A stretch of DNA of 64,000 bases from Marsupella aquatica (GCA_973895155.1 OZ316898.1:4154480-4218479); one strand, 5' to 3'; shown: positions 1 through 13,122, counted from the first letter of the stretch. Notes: a model not told the origin generated them from the letters alone. A program made the numbers and translations.

Positions 1-150
1 TCCCAATATTTCTCCCGTTTGGAATCGGAGCAGAGACTCACCAGACGACTGGACTGGACCAAGTTATAAACGCAGCATTTTAAGGGCCCTCCGATTATCA
101 GGTGAACGCATTATCTTCCGGTCTGCAGTGATTAGGTGGCCCGTGTGTAC

Positions 151-999
151 ATGGCCTCTAGGAAACGTACAAAGGTTGACCACCTGCCTCTGTTGGCTGG
201 AATCAAAGCCATTTTGATTCCTGGCCACTATGGGTTCACCCAAGTGAGTTGGCCAATCGTACAAAAACGATTCTCAGAGTTCCATGGGACTGAAGTCAAG
301 GACATCACTCCACAGACTACACATGTTGTTGCGGGGACATGGCTGGATGTGATGAACAACTGGTCATGGTCCTTCATTGATTCTGCCATTACCAACCAAG
401 GTCTAAAAGTAGTTGAAGTCTCTTGGCTGACCGATTCTGTTAAACATAGGTGTGTACAGAGTACTGAGCAATATGAGTTGTGGGAGAGTGAGGAGGCCAC
501 TGCAGAGGCTTTGGCTGAAAAGGAAGCCTATGAAGCAACGGCAGAGAAACCCAACTTTGCTTCTGTCCAATATGGACCTGTTGTCAACATAGGACACCAT
601 CCTATGCGTGCAGATGCTATATTGAATGAGCATGGCAAGGAGAGAAATACCATTATGAAGGGGTTCAGTGTGGTATTTGCAGAAGAAGGAATTGGGGAGA
701 CTAAGTGCAGATTGTACAAGTCTATAGTTGTTGACCTAGGTGGGACAGTGGAGGAGAGTCTAACAGAAACCTCCACTCATGTTGTAGGTCTGTCATACAT
801 GAAAATATGCAGAAAATTCTTTAAGACAACAGTGCGTGATTTTGTCATGAACAACAATCTTTGGGTGCTTTCCCCTGATTGGCTTCTGGAATCAGCAGCT
901 AGAGGGAAGCGACAGAATGCTTGGGACTTTGATATTTTTGAGGCCTGGCCCTCCAAGATTCAGTGGAGATGTATGCTTAGCAAAGGTGGGAGAGAGTGA
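151..999 (+). CDS. Tandem BRCT-domain protein (apparent CACTA cargo)
   Basis: Open frame 136-999, first ATG at 151, TATAAA at about 65. Two BRCT-like repeats: ...FHGTEVKDITPQTTHVVAG...VVEVSWLTDSV and ...KSIVVDLGGTVEESLTETSTHVVG...VLSPDWLLES, each with the THxV and WxxxS hallmarks (the GG motif is clear only in the second). Confidence 0.75.
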   Translation: MASRKRTKVDHLPLLAGIKAILIPGHYGFTQVSWPIVQKRFSEFHGTEVKDITPQTTHVVAGTWLDVMNNWSWSFIDSAITNQGLKVVEVSWLTDSVKHRCVQSTEQYELWESEEATAEALAEKEAYEATAEKPNFASVQYGPVVNIGHHPMRADAILNEHGKERNTIMKGFSVVFAEEGIGETKCRLYKSIVVDLGGTVEESLTETSTHVVGLSYMKICRKFFKTTVRDFVMNNNLWVLSPDWLLESAARGKRQNAWDFDIFEAWPSKIQWRCMLSKGGRE

Positions 1000-1175
1000 G
1001 GAGTAGGAGTCCCTCATATTTTTGTATAAATCATAATTTTGTAATAAATGTGATCCTTGAACTAACTCATCTTGTCATGGTTGGTCGCAGTTGAAGTGAT
1101 TGTTGTTTCCTGCTGCGTGGGGTGTGACTGTGAATCTACTTGCTGGGCTCTGTTTGGCTGAAGACTTTGGTGGGT

Positions 1176-1709
1176 ATGCTGCCTCTTCCAGACCGTCAGG
1201 CCCTGTGTAGGGTCCTCCTACGGGTTGCATCGTGCATGGCTACTGCTTGGGCTTACTTGTGTGGATTGGTAACCAGACAGAGTGTAGCTCCATCCGAGAT
1301 AATGCCTACAGACCTTGGATGTGTTGTGAATGCTGTGGTGAATGAGGATGCACAATCGGAAGAGGATATTTACTTTTCAGCAGATGAGTTAGACAAGCAC
1401 GATGCTGTAGGTGGTTCCTTGTTGCCTGATTTGGCAGATGATATAGTTCTTGCACATGTCTGGCCGAGGGTTCTTGTGGTGTCTGGCGCACAAGATATCT
1501 GCAAATATAGACTAATTAGTACCCAGTGGAGGGACTTGGTAGCAACATGTGCACCATGGAGGGCACTGCTGCCACTGCTTGTAGGCACGGATCGAAGACC
1601 ACCATGGCATGAGCAGGGTTTAGACCTTGATGACTTAATGTACATGCCTGAGTACCTCAGGGCTGAGTGGCATCGACAACAGGATTGGTATCCGTATTTG
1701 ATGTGGTAG
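1176..1709 (+). CDS. Small F-box-like protein (apparent CACTA cargo)
   Basis: SLLPDLADDIVLAHVWPRV...ICKYRLISTQWRDLV at about 1416-1545 fits the plant F-box pattern LP.LPDD....I..RL.....R.V...WR.L. Start codon uncertain (ATG 1176 within ORF 1140-1709). Confidence 0.55.
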   Translation: MLPLPDRQALCRVLLRVASCMATAWAYLCGLVTRQSVAPSEIMPTDLGCVVNAVVNEDAQSEEDIYFSADELDKHDAVGGSLLPDLADDIVLAHVWPRVLVVSGAQDICKYRLISTQWRDLVATCAPWRALLPLLVGTDRRPPWHEQGLDLDDLMYMPEYLRAEWHRQQDWYPYLMW

Positions 1710-2035
1710 TAAGATGAGGACATCTCACACCGGTCTCGCACCTGGCACCTGTGTCTATGACTATACATGATTGGACTCTGATATGGTCATGGATGTACGT
1801 GCAGAGGCAGTACATGTGAGGACAGCGGAGGAGTTGACACCCTCAAACATTTAGGAATTTTGTCTCATTCACTTGAGAATAGGTACATGACTCAGGCACC
1901 TATATTTTTTGTTTTTTTGTTTTTTTGGAACGTTACGTATTTTGGCAAGTACAGTCGGGGGTGAAATCCTTAACAGGAAGTGTATTTTTCACTTGCATAA
2001 TAAAATGACAGGGTGCTGAGTGCGTGTGTATAGTG

Positions 2036-5000
2036 ATGGCTCCAAGGTTGCCTCTTCACAACCCATTTAGGATTAGGCATCATGATTCTAAATTGTGGAT
2101 GCGTGAACAAGCCCGGGCCGCCCAAGGTAGGAGTAGGAGGATGAGATGCCCATGCACACAGTGCCAAGGATTCAAGTCGTTGAGTTTGAACACTGTGCAC
2201 CTTCACCTGCTGCGGCATGAAAGGCACCCTCGGTGGAGGGTTTGGAATGTACCAGCAGAAGAAGACTCCTCTGATGAAGAGTGGAGAGCTGACTTTGTGG
2301 ATTCTAATACAGCTAGGCGTAGAGACTATGTAGAGCAGGACATAGACTGTGCAGAGGATGGTCCTGGGGTCCAACATGAGAACGTGGATGACCAAGATGG
2401 AGATGGAGAGGCAGTCACTGAGGACGGTGGGATGGATGTCCCAAGAATGGTTCAAGAGATTTTTGAAGACCTTGATGCTTTTTACGACACAGTGGAATCA
2501 GAAGAGGACAATGAACCGCAGCCACACATTGGCGATGGCCAAGCTGAACCTGACTTTGACATTGGGGAAGGTGCAGCAGAGAGGGAGTGGGTGTTTGGGG
2601 GCCCAAAACACATCAAAGAAGCTTGCATTCCTATCTACGAGGGGTCGAACTGCTCCAAGCTGGGTTTTGTCGTGTTGTTGTTGAACATCTGTGGCAATCA
2701 CAATGTTCCCAATATATTTGTGACAGAGTTGTTGACCTTCCTGCGCCGAAATGTGTTACCAGATGGTAATTCAATTCCCAAAAATATGTACGAGGCTAGG
2801 AAATTGATGTCTAACCTTGGGCTGAACTATGTGTCTATTGACGCATGCCCTGATGGGTGTGTTCTCTTTCGCAAAGAGCATGCAGATAAATTGACATGCC
2901 CTCATTGTGGTAAGCACAGGTACAAGAATGTAGGGAAATGTACACACCCTGCCAAGGTTCTTCGTCATTTTCCTCTCATTCCTAGACTACAACGTCTGTT
3001 TAGATGCCCTGCCATTTCCAAGCTGATGACATGGACTCCTGATAACAAGAGCAGTGATGGCCTGCAGCGTCACATTGGAGATTGCAACCATTGGAAATTT
3101 GTTGATGAGGTGGCCACAGTTTGCTGCAGAGAAGCGGAACTTTAGATTTGGTCTATCACTGGATGGAGTAAACCCATTTGGAGACAAAAACAACCGTTAT
3201 TCATGTTGGCCGGTTACGCTGCTAAATTACAACCTTCCCCCATGGATGACTACAAAGAGGTTTTTTGTCATGATGGTGCTGTTAATCCCTGGACCAGCTT
3301 CTGTGACCGAGCAATTCATAGATATCATGTTGGCTCCAGCAGTGGAAGAGTGGAAGACTTTGTGGATAGAAGGGGTGTTAACCCATGATGTTCTGAAGGG
3401 GCTTCTTCGACCCAGCCCCTTTAGACTGCATGCAATTTGTTTGCTGGATATAGCAGATTACCCAGGCCATGGCATCATATCTGGACGAGTGACAAAGGGC
3501 TATGTGGGGTGCACACCATGTGGGAAAAATGTGACAAGTGAGTGGTCGCATGCCCTGCACAGTATGAAATTTCAGGGGCATAGAAGGTATCTGCCTGTTG
3601 ATCATCCTTACAGGCACACACGGTCTCAAATTGCACACTTCAACAACAAAACAGAGCTTTGTGGCCCACCACAGAGGGTCACCAGAGAGCAAGTCCTGAG
3701 GTGGGCAGCCAGGAAGGCTGATTGGGACAAGAGAAGTGCCACTGATCGAGAACCTGAGGATCCAGTGGTGAAACACGGTGTGAAAAGACAGACCTTGGTG
3801 GACTTGGAGTTGGAGTACTGGAGGGTAATGTACTTAGCCTCCAGCCCCTATATGATTGCAATTTTAGATTGGAGCAATGGTGGATTGATGTTGGTTACAA
3901 TCCTCCTATGTGGTTAATTAGTGTTTCTATTGTTGAATTCTTTGCTTTGTGGAGTGCAGGAATTCGAGCCCAGCAAACACAATGTGGACGTCATGCACAT
4001 TGAGAAAAATATTTGTGAGAGCTTGCTGAAGTTCTTGTCGGGTGAGAAAGATACAGGAGCAGTTCAAGCTGATATGCAACAGAAGGGGATTCGCCCTCAC
4101 CTTTGGTTGAAGCCCCATGCAAGCAATCCCAATGTACTTCTCAAGTTCCAAGCTCCCTATGTGTGCACACAGGATGAATGGAAGACATTCTTGTATAGAT
4201 GGAGCTGTCTGAAAGTGCCCTCTGGCTATGCTGGTGCCTTCAAGAAGCATATTACAAAGAATAAACTTGGCAGTATGAAAACACATGACTACCATGTGTT
4301 GATGCAGCACATTCTGCCCCTATGCCTCAGAGGTCTCATGCAGAAACCAGTCCGTAATGTCATTCTTCGACTGTGCAATGTATTTCGCCGTATATGTGTG
4401 AAAGTGTGGGATCCCCAAGGATTGGAGCAGTTGAAGCAGGATGCTGCTTATGTCCTCTGTGACTTGGAGATATACTTCCCCCCTGCTTTCTTTGATGTTA
4501 TGACTCATCTCCTAATCCATGTGGTAGAAGAGCTAGGGCAGTATGGGCCAGTCAGTACCAGATGGATGTACCCTATGGAGCGATACATGAAGTTGTTGAA
4601 AGGTCATGTGAGAACATACTACAGGCCAGAGGCTTCCATGGCATTGGGGTACATTAAGGATGAGACATTGGGATTCCTAACAGAGTACATGGCTGGGTCT
4701 GGTGAAGCTATGACAAGAGTTTGGAAATCTGGTGAAGATGATGGAGTGAGTGGCGAGGTTGTTGAAGGTGTGGGACGTGCTGTTCAGCTGCCTGTTGCGA
4801 TTCGAGACAAGGCTCATTCATATGTGCTGGCAAACACAGAGCCTATGCAACCATGGTGGAGGTGAGTGATTGAATTGACTTGCCTTTGTTGTGATGCTTC
4901 TTGTCTGTTCCAAGGGTGATCTTAGGTTGTCATGTGTTGTTTAGACCTAACTATGCCTGTACCTCATATTGCAGGGAATATGATATGCAAAAAGCTGCAC

Positions 5001-5734
5001 ACTCTGGGTAGCAGGATCCCTTCCCACAGTTCAAGCAGTGGATTCGGGTGACAATTCGAGAGCATAGTAGACATCACCCAGATATGGAGAAGGATTTGTA
5101 TCTTCTATCTGTGCCACCACGATTGTCTATTCTGACCTACAAACGGATGAGAGCTTATGGAAATCATTATCGAGTGAGGGATGAGCAGGGTGACCATTGT
5201 GTATCATATGATTGTGGTTTGATTTCTGTGTTTGAGCAGAGAACCTCTGAAGAACAGAGGGGGTGGATGAAGATGGGTTACGTGGGGGAGTTGACCAACA
5301 TTTGGGTGTTGAATTATGGTAACACAAGTGTCCCAGTGATATTGATGAAGGGATCATGGGTGAAATCAGAGTGGCAGAGACCAAGGGCCACCATGAAGCG
5401 TGATCATGATGGGTTCTTGTTGGCCAATTTTAGGTCCAGGGTACCAGAATGGTCTGAGCCTTTTGTTTTCCCTAGCCAAGTTGAACAGGCTTTCTTTGCA
5501 GATGTGGAGGAGTCACATGGCTGGAGGGTGGTATGCCATAGCCAAGCACGGAACAGACGGATGGATGGAAGTAAAGTAGAGTTCAGTTTGGATGACCATG
5601 CTGCATTCGAGCATCCTAGTCATGAGACTGTACTTCCAACTCGGGCAGGGACTGACTACATCCCCTTAACATTGAGAGAGACATATGATGAACCTCGGCA
5701 AATGGAATATGATGAGGTTGATGATTTGCAATAG
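2036..5734 (+). pseudogene. CACTA TnpD-like transposase, disrupted
   Basis: Transposase-associated domain (RCPCTQC...HLLRH), IDACPDGC zinc region, Transposase_21 core (GLSLDGVNPF, YNLPPW, DYPG), DUF4218-like region (FFDVMTHLLIH, WMYPMERY) and DUF4216-like region (EPFVFPSQVEQAFF). Introns at about 3826-3959 and 4862-4974. Frameshift near 3110 and in-frame TAG at 5009. Confidence 0.92.
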
Positions 5735-5911
5735 GCAACAGCTGGCGATTGGCAAGTATGAGGTTGAGGATGACTACCTGCACAGAGTCACAGAACGGGA
5801 ATTGTTGCCTGGAATGATGTTTAGGATAGTTGGATATGCATGAAATTGATTGATACTTTGAATTTAGTGTGCTGATTCTCCCTGTTTGGTTGTGGGTGCT
5901 GTGCAGAAGCT

Positions 5912-8900
5912 ATGGGGGAAGAGGGTGATGACATGGAGACAGACATGGGGCTTGGAGAGTGGGGTGAAGAGGAAAGATTGGATATGGATGGAGACCCAGA
6001 TGCAGGGGGCTCACAGAAAAATGCACCTGTGCAAGATGCACAGGGCCCTCATCAAGTCCCAGGTAGGTGGGCAGCTAGAGAGAAATCACATAATCCATAC
6101 CCTAGAAGGAGCCAGAGTTATTGGCAAGGGACGCCTGATAATTATGATGATGACTATGATGGAGCAGAAGATGGATGGGATGAATATGAACACCCAGAGC
6201 GTGGTAGAGACGGGTACAGAGGGCAATGGAAAGGTGAGGAGGATGATTGGACAAGTAAGTGCCTTGTGCTAGTGATTTTGTGATGGTAGTAGAGATTTAG
6301 CTCAATATGCACTTATCTGATGTGTAGCTAGGGCAAAGAGTTTATCTTACAGGTCCATGAGTGTGGCATGTACCTGTTGGTATGCAGACTCTGATTGGGA
6401 CAATCACGAAAACAACAAAGGCCATCCACGTTCAGATAGGAGGCAATCATTCACAAGCGGGAGAAACGCCCCTAATTCATCAAGACAAAGCAATAGGACA
6501 GGTGGTCCAGAACCATCTATGCGCCAAGGGAGAGGTAACTTGGTCATTGCAGAATTGCTCTGAAGTCCACTGTATATTTGGCAGCGGGATTTATGATTCA
6601 TACTTACCTAATGTAAGTGACTGTAAATGGATCCTGTAAATGTGCAGGGACTCCAGGGAGGTTTGGACAATGCAATCCAGGCCGTGGGGGGAGATCAGGC
6701 CGTGGAGGGACACCTAGTAGCGCTTCAGGGAGTACCAAGGCAGGAGACAGTAACAAATTTGGTAAAGTAGAAGTGAATTCCGAAGGTTGGATAACTCCCA
6801 CATGTGATGGTAAGAACCGTTGGCATTCTGACCTAAGAGGAGAAGTATTGCGTTGGTTAGATTTGAGCATTACAAAGTTTAGGAGTCAGAACAAAGCTGA
6901 TTGGGCTGCTATCTGCAAGGACATTCTTGAACGGTGGGAGTATGTTGGTAATGATGGTAAGGGCCCAGTTGAAGATTGCATATCAGATTATGCAATGAGG
7001 ATTTTGAAACAAGAGAGGCATAGGTTGAAAAGGATGTGGATAGACAATGGTTCTAACAGGAGAATGCCACCACCCCCATCATTGGAACTGGATCAATGGA
7101 CACGGTTAATCAAAGGGTTCATGTCGGAGGCTGGACAGAGCAAGAGTGAACTGATGTCAAATGCTCGAGGCAAAGTGAAACACCTTTCACAGGCTGGGAG
7201 AGGAAGTTATGCTCCAGTGAAAGAACAATTGGTAAGGCAGTGACATGCCTGATAGTAAGCCTCAAACTTATCATCTTGCTACCATTATTACATTTTCATT
7301 GACAATCAACACTTGGTTTCATTCATATGTATGTTGATGTGGACTGCAGAAGAAATTGACAAGTGAAGAACCATCAGCACAAGAAGTGAGAGAGGAGTTC
7401 ATGAAACAAAGGAGTGAGGTGACAAGTGTAACTTCCAAACAGGTGATTATGTTGTAATTCTGTATGTTCTGTGACTATTTGGCCTTGAGCATCAGAAAGA
7501 AATGTAGTAGGAAGTAAGCAACCAGTTCTTGGGGACAGTTATCTGAGATATGTAAGCTGTGTTATGACAGGGAACTGTTACAACTCTCACAGAGATGTGT
7601 GAACGGTTGAAGTCATTAGAGTGTGGACTCCCTCGAGTGGAAAGTAAATTGGCTGATCGTTTGGATATTGTGGAGGCATCTGTAGCGAACCTTCTTGCAT
7701 CAGTGGAATCTAATTTCAAGCTTGTGATTGAAAAATTGGGTGGTTCCCAACCAAACAATGAGGGCAACATTGTACAAAGTGTGCCCTTGTTAACAAAAAA
7801 GGGAATTGGCAAATCTGACACAGGTATGGAAATGACACCGGCCCATTGTTCATTGTGTCCTATGTTCAAATGTTAGAAGTAAGTTTTCATGAATTGAGTG
7901 AATGGTTTGAATGCAGGAAGAGTGGAGGCAGAGAAGGACCCTGTAATCAGTAAGCAGAAGGGCAAGAAGGTTGCTGAGACAGGTAACCTGCTATGATCCA
8001 GTACATTACATTTGAAAAGTGCATGGTGTTTTGTGAAGCTTTAGCCGGTTGGAGGTAATCTTTTTTGTAAGAACTGGTTGGATGAACTGGGATCTGAAGT
8101 GACATCATGATTGATGTATCAGGTGATTCAAAGAGCAATAATGAAGAAGATGTGCCCAGTGCCTCAGTGACCATAGCCAAGGAGGTATCAGGTAAGCTGA
8201 TGCTTTAAATTCCTCTATATGAATGTTGAGCAACAATTCAGTGGTTAATAGATTCAACGTGAATATTGTGGTGTGTTTATTGATCAACAGAAGCAGACAT
8301 GGAGCATATGGCAATGGCAAAGAAGGGGAAGAAGGCTGTTCATAATGGTAAGGAGATAGTGACAACTTTGTGGTTGGTGACATGTACATTTAGCACATGT
8401 GATGAGTGATTCACTTATGTTGGACATGACACTGAATTGTAGTTGATGCAGAGTTGACAGACTCTCAACCAAGTGGGAGCAGGGTGAAGCGACGTCGAAA
8501 CTTGGGAGCAACATTGGATGCAAGTAAGATTGTAGATGCTTCAATTGAAGCAAGTACAATGTTGGCAGATACTGAGATGATGTCGCAGGGAAATCCTGCT
8601 ACACAATCAGAAGTGTCAAATATGGATGCAGATTCTTTGAAGAAGAGTGTAGCCAATTCTTGATCACCAGCACAAAACACTCGTGCCAAAGTCATGACTC
8701 GCAACCAAGGTATGAATAATGTCATGTATAAGCCACCCAGGAAAGCCAAGAAAAATAGCCAGGGTAAGGTGGAGGTGATAGTCACAGCAGAGCCAGTCCA
8801 TAATCTTCTATCATGGGAGGATGACTCGCAGGTATGTGTGGGTACAGGCATTTTGCGACCGGATCATGCAAAATTCCATGGCAAAGTGGTCCCGGATGAC

Positions 8901-9047
8901 CATGTAGTAGTGTTGTTGACTACAGTGATTGTATCTGATTGTAATTTGCCATTTCCGAATAGAGACGATGATCCACCTCAGGAAATAATTGCAGATGCAG
9001 TAGGATCTCTTGTGCTCTGGCCATCAAAGTGTGTTAGTCTGCAGTGA
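5912..9047 (+). pseudogene. CACTA TnpA-like (ORF2) multi-exon gene
   Basis: Several short GT-AG exons. WTRLIKGF...KSELMSNARGKVKHLSQAGRGSYA resembles Transposase_24. The C-terminal FHGKVVPDDHVVV...LPFP...DAVGSLVLWP resembles the Tnp1/En/Spm (Transposase_23-like) domain. In-frame TGA at 8661. Confidence 0.75.
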
Positions 9048-9569
9048 CTGAATGCAAGTGTAGATAGAATCATGTGAATTGTGTCACATTTTGACATTGC
9101 CTTGGAAAGATCCAAGAAATATCTGTACCAATTTTTCCATTTGGTAAAGAGGATGAAGGAGCCGTTGTGTGTGACATTGATATTTCTGAATTCTGTATGT
9201 ATGAAACAAGTGATTGATGTCAAACTATGGCTCTATGGTGATTGTCTATGATACTTGAATCTGTTTTGTATCATTTCAGTATTAGTGTGTATGGTATAGA
9301 GGAATACTTTGTGACCTTCTTTGTAGTCTATGAAGTTTGAATCTGTGAATTCATATTAGTGTACATGGTATAGAAGATGGCTTTCTGAAACTATGTATTC
9401 TAATGTTAACATGATGAATGGTGAACTTATAGAGTGAGTTCATTCAAGTACACAATAAAACATGAATGCAATATGTTATTTGTGCACAAGAGTGGGTTCA
9501 TTCCAAGTAGTATAGTGGGGTCTTCATCACTCATATCCAGTTGACATGAAAGACTTATACATACCCCAC

Positions 9570-9874
9570 AAAGTATATTTAAAGACTACCCTCCATAACC
9601 TTTTTAGTCGTTCCCAACGACTCACCATCTTAGCCCATAAAAGACTGAAAACGACTCACCAAAGCTACCCACACAAAGACTAAAATAGACTGAAAATCCA
9701 GTCTATTAAACGACTTATAAACCAGTTCTATAAAGGACTCAGTTGATTATAGTAACAAAACATACGACTCGCAGTCCTATAAAGGACTGGAGTCCTTCCC
9801 AGTCGTTTCCAAGTCCTATACGGTACTGAATAGTCGTTTAATGGGGTCTAAATACCCCCCGGTTTCTACTAGTG
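9570..9874. repeat. CACTA-1 right subterminal repeats and TIR
   Basis: Clustered ACGACT, AAAGACT and AAAGGACT motifs in both orientations (AGTCGT, AGTCCT) immediately before TAGTG. Confidence 0.8.
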
Positions 9875-9875
9875 G

Positions 9876-11395
9876 GGTGGAGACAGGAAAGACACTGATG
9901 GGGCCATAGAAGATGGGGCAAAGGATGCCACTAGTGAGCATGCTTCACAAGAACAAGCTGGAGAGGATGATGATGATTGGGCCACAGAAGATCTAGGGGC
10001 AGAGGATGCCACTAGTGAGCATGCTTCACAAGAACAGGTTGGAGAGGATGATGATGATGATGCCACAAAAGATGGGGCAGAGGATGCCACTAGTGAGCAT
10101 GCTTCACAAGAACAGGCTGGAGAGGATGATGATGATGGGGCCACAGAAGACAAGGCAAATTCTGATGGGGAGACAGAAGATGGGGAGACAGAAGATGGGG
10201 CCCAACATGATGGCGCCCAGGATGACAAGGCAGAGTATGATCCTGCCAAAGAAGATGGGGAGACAGAAGATGGGGCCCAACATGATGGGGCCCAACATGA
10301 CAAGGCAGAGGATGATGGGGAGGCAAAAGGCGGGGCCCAACATGATGGGGAGACAGAAGATGATGGGGCTGAAGATGATGGGGCCACAGAAGACAGGCCC
10401 GAGGATGATGGTGTCCCAGGAGATGGGCCCACAGAAGATGGGGCCCAACAAGAAGCTTCACAACAAGTATCTTCACAACAAGACAGCCAAGAAGCCACAG
10501 AAGAGAGTAAATTTGCAGAGGAACAGGAAGGAGAAGGAGGAGAGCCTATAGATGAAACTCGTTGGAAGGCATATGAGAAACGCTTTTCGGAAATTAAGGT
10601 GAGGCTACAGTCTGTGTTCTTCCTGTTCTATGCCATTTGCTGTTGTTATATTCCCTAATTCATTGTCATGTCTGATGTTCTTGCAGGGAAGGGAAAAGCA
10701 ACAGCACATTAGCAGGAAAAAGGTGCCTGGTCACAAAAAACAGGCAAAGAAGGTGTCTTTCCTCAATGAAGAACACACCAGTGCACCCCTACCTGGTCTA
10801 GAATCATGGACTAAGATGAGATGGACCCAAGAATTGGGCAAGATCATAACACATCACGTTGACAACCTGACCAAAATTATTCCTCCCTATTCAGACTTAG
10901 TTGTGGATGGGGTTAGTATTCCATTCATCAACACCTATAATGTTGGAGGCAAATACAGTAGGAACACCTGGTTGCCTTTACATGCTGCAAGGCGCAAGAC
11001 CTTCAACAACATTCAAATTTGGCACTGGGTTTATCACACAAGGTAATCACCCTTTGCTCGTAACAATCTGCTCAACACTTGATTCATGTTTTGCATATGT
11101 CCTAGCTGTATGTGTAATGGTTTATGTTTTGTGGCGCAAGAAAATTGTTGTGCCTTTTCAACCTATTCATGCAGATCATCCATGGCCGGGGTACCTTTTT
11201 GTGTGGGTGGGCCTGGATGGCATCCCAATTCTACCAAGGCATGTCGACTGCCTACTTGCAAATTGCCATACCCTCATCAATCTTCAAATTCAGAAAGCCT
11301 CGGGACAGACTTGTCCAAGCATTGGGCCTCTAGATGACGTTTGCAAGTTCCCTCTCCTGAAATGTGATCCTGTGTCCAAGGTAGCCTTCGTGTAA
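9876..11395 (+). pseudogene. Interrupted gene with acidic tandem repeats; probable second gene of the Mutator-like element
   Basis: Stop-free frame of D/E-rich repeats (DATSEHASQEQAGEDDDD, DGETEDGAQHDGA) starts right after the CACTA end. GT donor at about 10599 and AG acceptor at about 10686 lead into a basic, W-rich exon (SWTKMRWTQELG...WHWVYHTR). The 5' part is displaced by CACTA-1. Confidence 0.55.
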
Positions 11396-12801
11396 GCGTT
11401 TCCTATGTAAAGTGAACTGCCTGTTGGCAACTCTCAATACAATGAATTTTCCATATAATGGTGTAATGGTTGATTGTCCCCTCCCATAGTTTGACACAAT
11501 GGTGTTTCACCCTTTTTATGCTATGGGTTATGAATGGTAGCCAAAATTGTGTGTTCGCCAATGCACTTGTCATGCCTTCACCAATAATAAAGTCAACCTA
11601 TCTTGAGCAATAGCTGTATCCTGAGTTATGTTTTGACACGCACTGATATGCGACCGACATCTCCATCCGCGTGCAAGTAATGGTTTATGTTCTGTCATCA
11701 ACATACTTGGGTTTATGTCATAAACATGTACATCGTAGTTGATGTTTTGTCATCAACATGTACACAGTAGTTTATGTTCTGTCATCAACTTCTACATAGT
11801 AGTTTATGTTCTGTCATGAACATACTTGGGTTTATGTTCTGGCATGGATTATGGACATAGTAGTTTATGTTCTGTCATGAGTTTTGTGTACTTTTGACCA
11901 AGTTATGGTTCATGTTTTGCATTCACTCGCATATTATCTGTATCACAAGACTCATTGTCAATGTGCCGCACACATATACAAGGGTTACAACAAAGGGGTA
12001 TTTTCTGTTATTATTCATCATTTTCCAAGAGAGGTACAACATTCAGATCGATATTGACATTCATGTCAATATCTCTACCACCCCCTCCAAGATGAATAAC
12101 ACGGTTTGGAACTACTGGCAAGGACGAATTAGCAGTCCTTCGCCGCCGCTTGCCTTCCTGATATTGTAATCCTATCCTACATAGATGCTGTCTGTTAGAT
12201 TCCCTAGTTACTTTACGCTTTGAAGGCAGTGCACATGGCACCGGGCGTTCATCACATTGTATAGATGGTGCGTGAGTTTGCTGGCCTCTCTTGCCCCTAT
12301 GGTAAATATCTATAACCCCCAAGCGACGCTTAGATGTCAGCCCTATAGGCCTTACAAATGCATCTGCACGACCTATATAGGCCTTCCCTGAAAGCACTTT
12401 CATTTATTGTTGAGCTTTGAGTTTGGTGAGTGTGACTTGTGATGCCAAGAATGCTTGTTCTGTGAGGTAGTCATCTCCTTCAACAATAGCCAATTGCTGA
12501 TCAAAAATGTGGATTAAGTCCGCCCTCATATTTGGCTCTCTATTCTGAACAGCTACAGTAGAGTGTTGTAAAATCTGAATCACAGACAATTACAGTAAGA
12601 TGCTGCTAACAAACATTGGCAGAACATATTAAACAAAGGTGCAAAACATAAACTTAAACTTACGCCATCAACGTGAACATGTGCAGAACATAAACTTAAA
12701 CAAACGCCGTCAACGTGAACATGTGTAGAACATAAACCTCAACAAACGCCGTCAACAAGAACATGTGTAGAACATAAACCGCAACAAACGCCGTCAACAT
12801 G

Positions 12802-13122
12802 GGGTATTTACAAACGACAGGAAACAACAAATAGTAACAGAAAAAAAACTGGTAACAGGAAAATGAGTGGTAATTTTTTTAAAAATTTTTTTAAAAATTT
12901 TTTTTGGGAAAAAAAAAGTTTTTTTTTCAAATTTTTTTTTCCTAGCACCCAAAGCTAGCCAAAAAATGTTGTAACTTAGATTTTTTTGAAAAATGAGACT
13001 TTTTAGAAAATATTTTGACATGGTTAGTTTTCCTGGTAAGAGTAACTTTTTGCTGGTAATAGGAAAAATTTTCCTGGTACCAGTAAACCTGTTTCCTGTT
13101 TACTGTCACGCGTGCCATACCC
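12802..13122. mobile_element. MITE, Mutator-type, 9-bp TSD
   Basis: Termini GGGTAT...ATACCC with imperfect longer inverted repeats. Flanking direct repeat GTCAACATG at 12793-12801 and 13123-13131. A/T-run interior. Confidence 0.7.

Larger units (their letters stand above)
1..9874 (+). mobile_element. CACTA (En/Spm) DNA transposon 1, left end outside window
   Basis: Right terminus ...GGTTTCTACTAGTG ends at 9874 (reverse complement CACTAGTAGAAACC), preceded by subterminal repeats. Contains TnpD-like and TnpA-like genes. No matching left TIR seen between 1 and 2036, so the TSD cannot be checked. Confidence 0.85.

Noticed and set aside
9869-10551. Listed ORFs 9869-10498 (-), 10006-10551 (+), 10090-10476 (-) and 10104-10451 (-)
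   Set aside because: Off-frame or antisense shadows of the acidic repeat exon.
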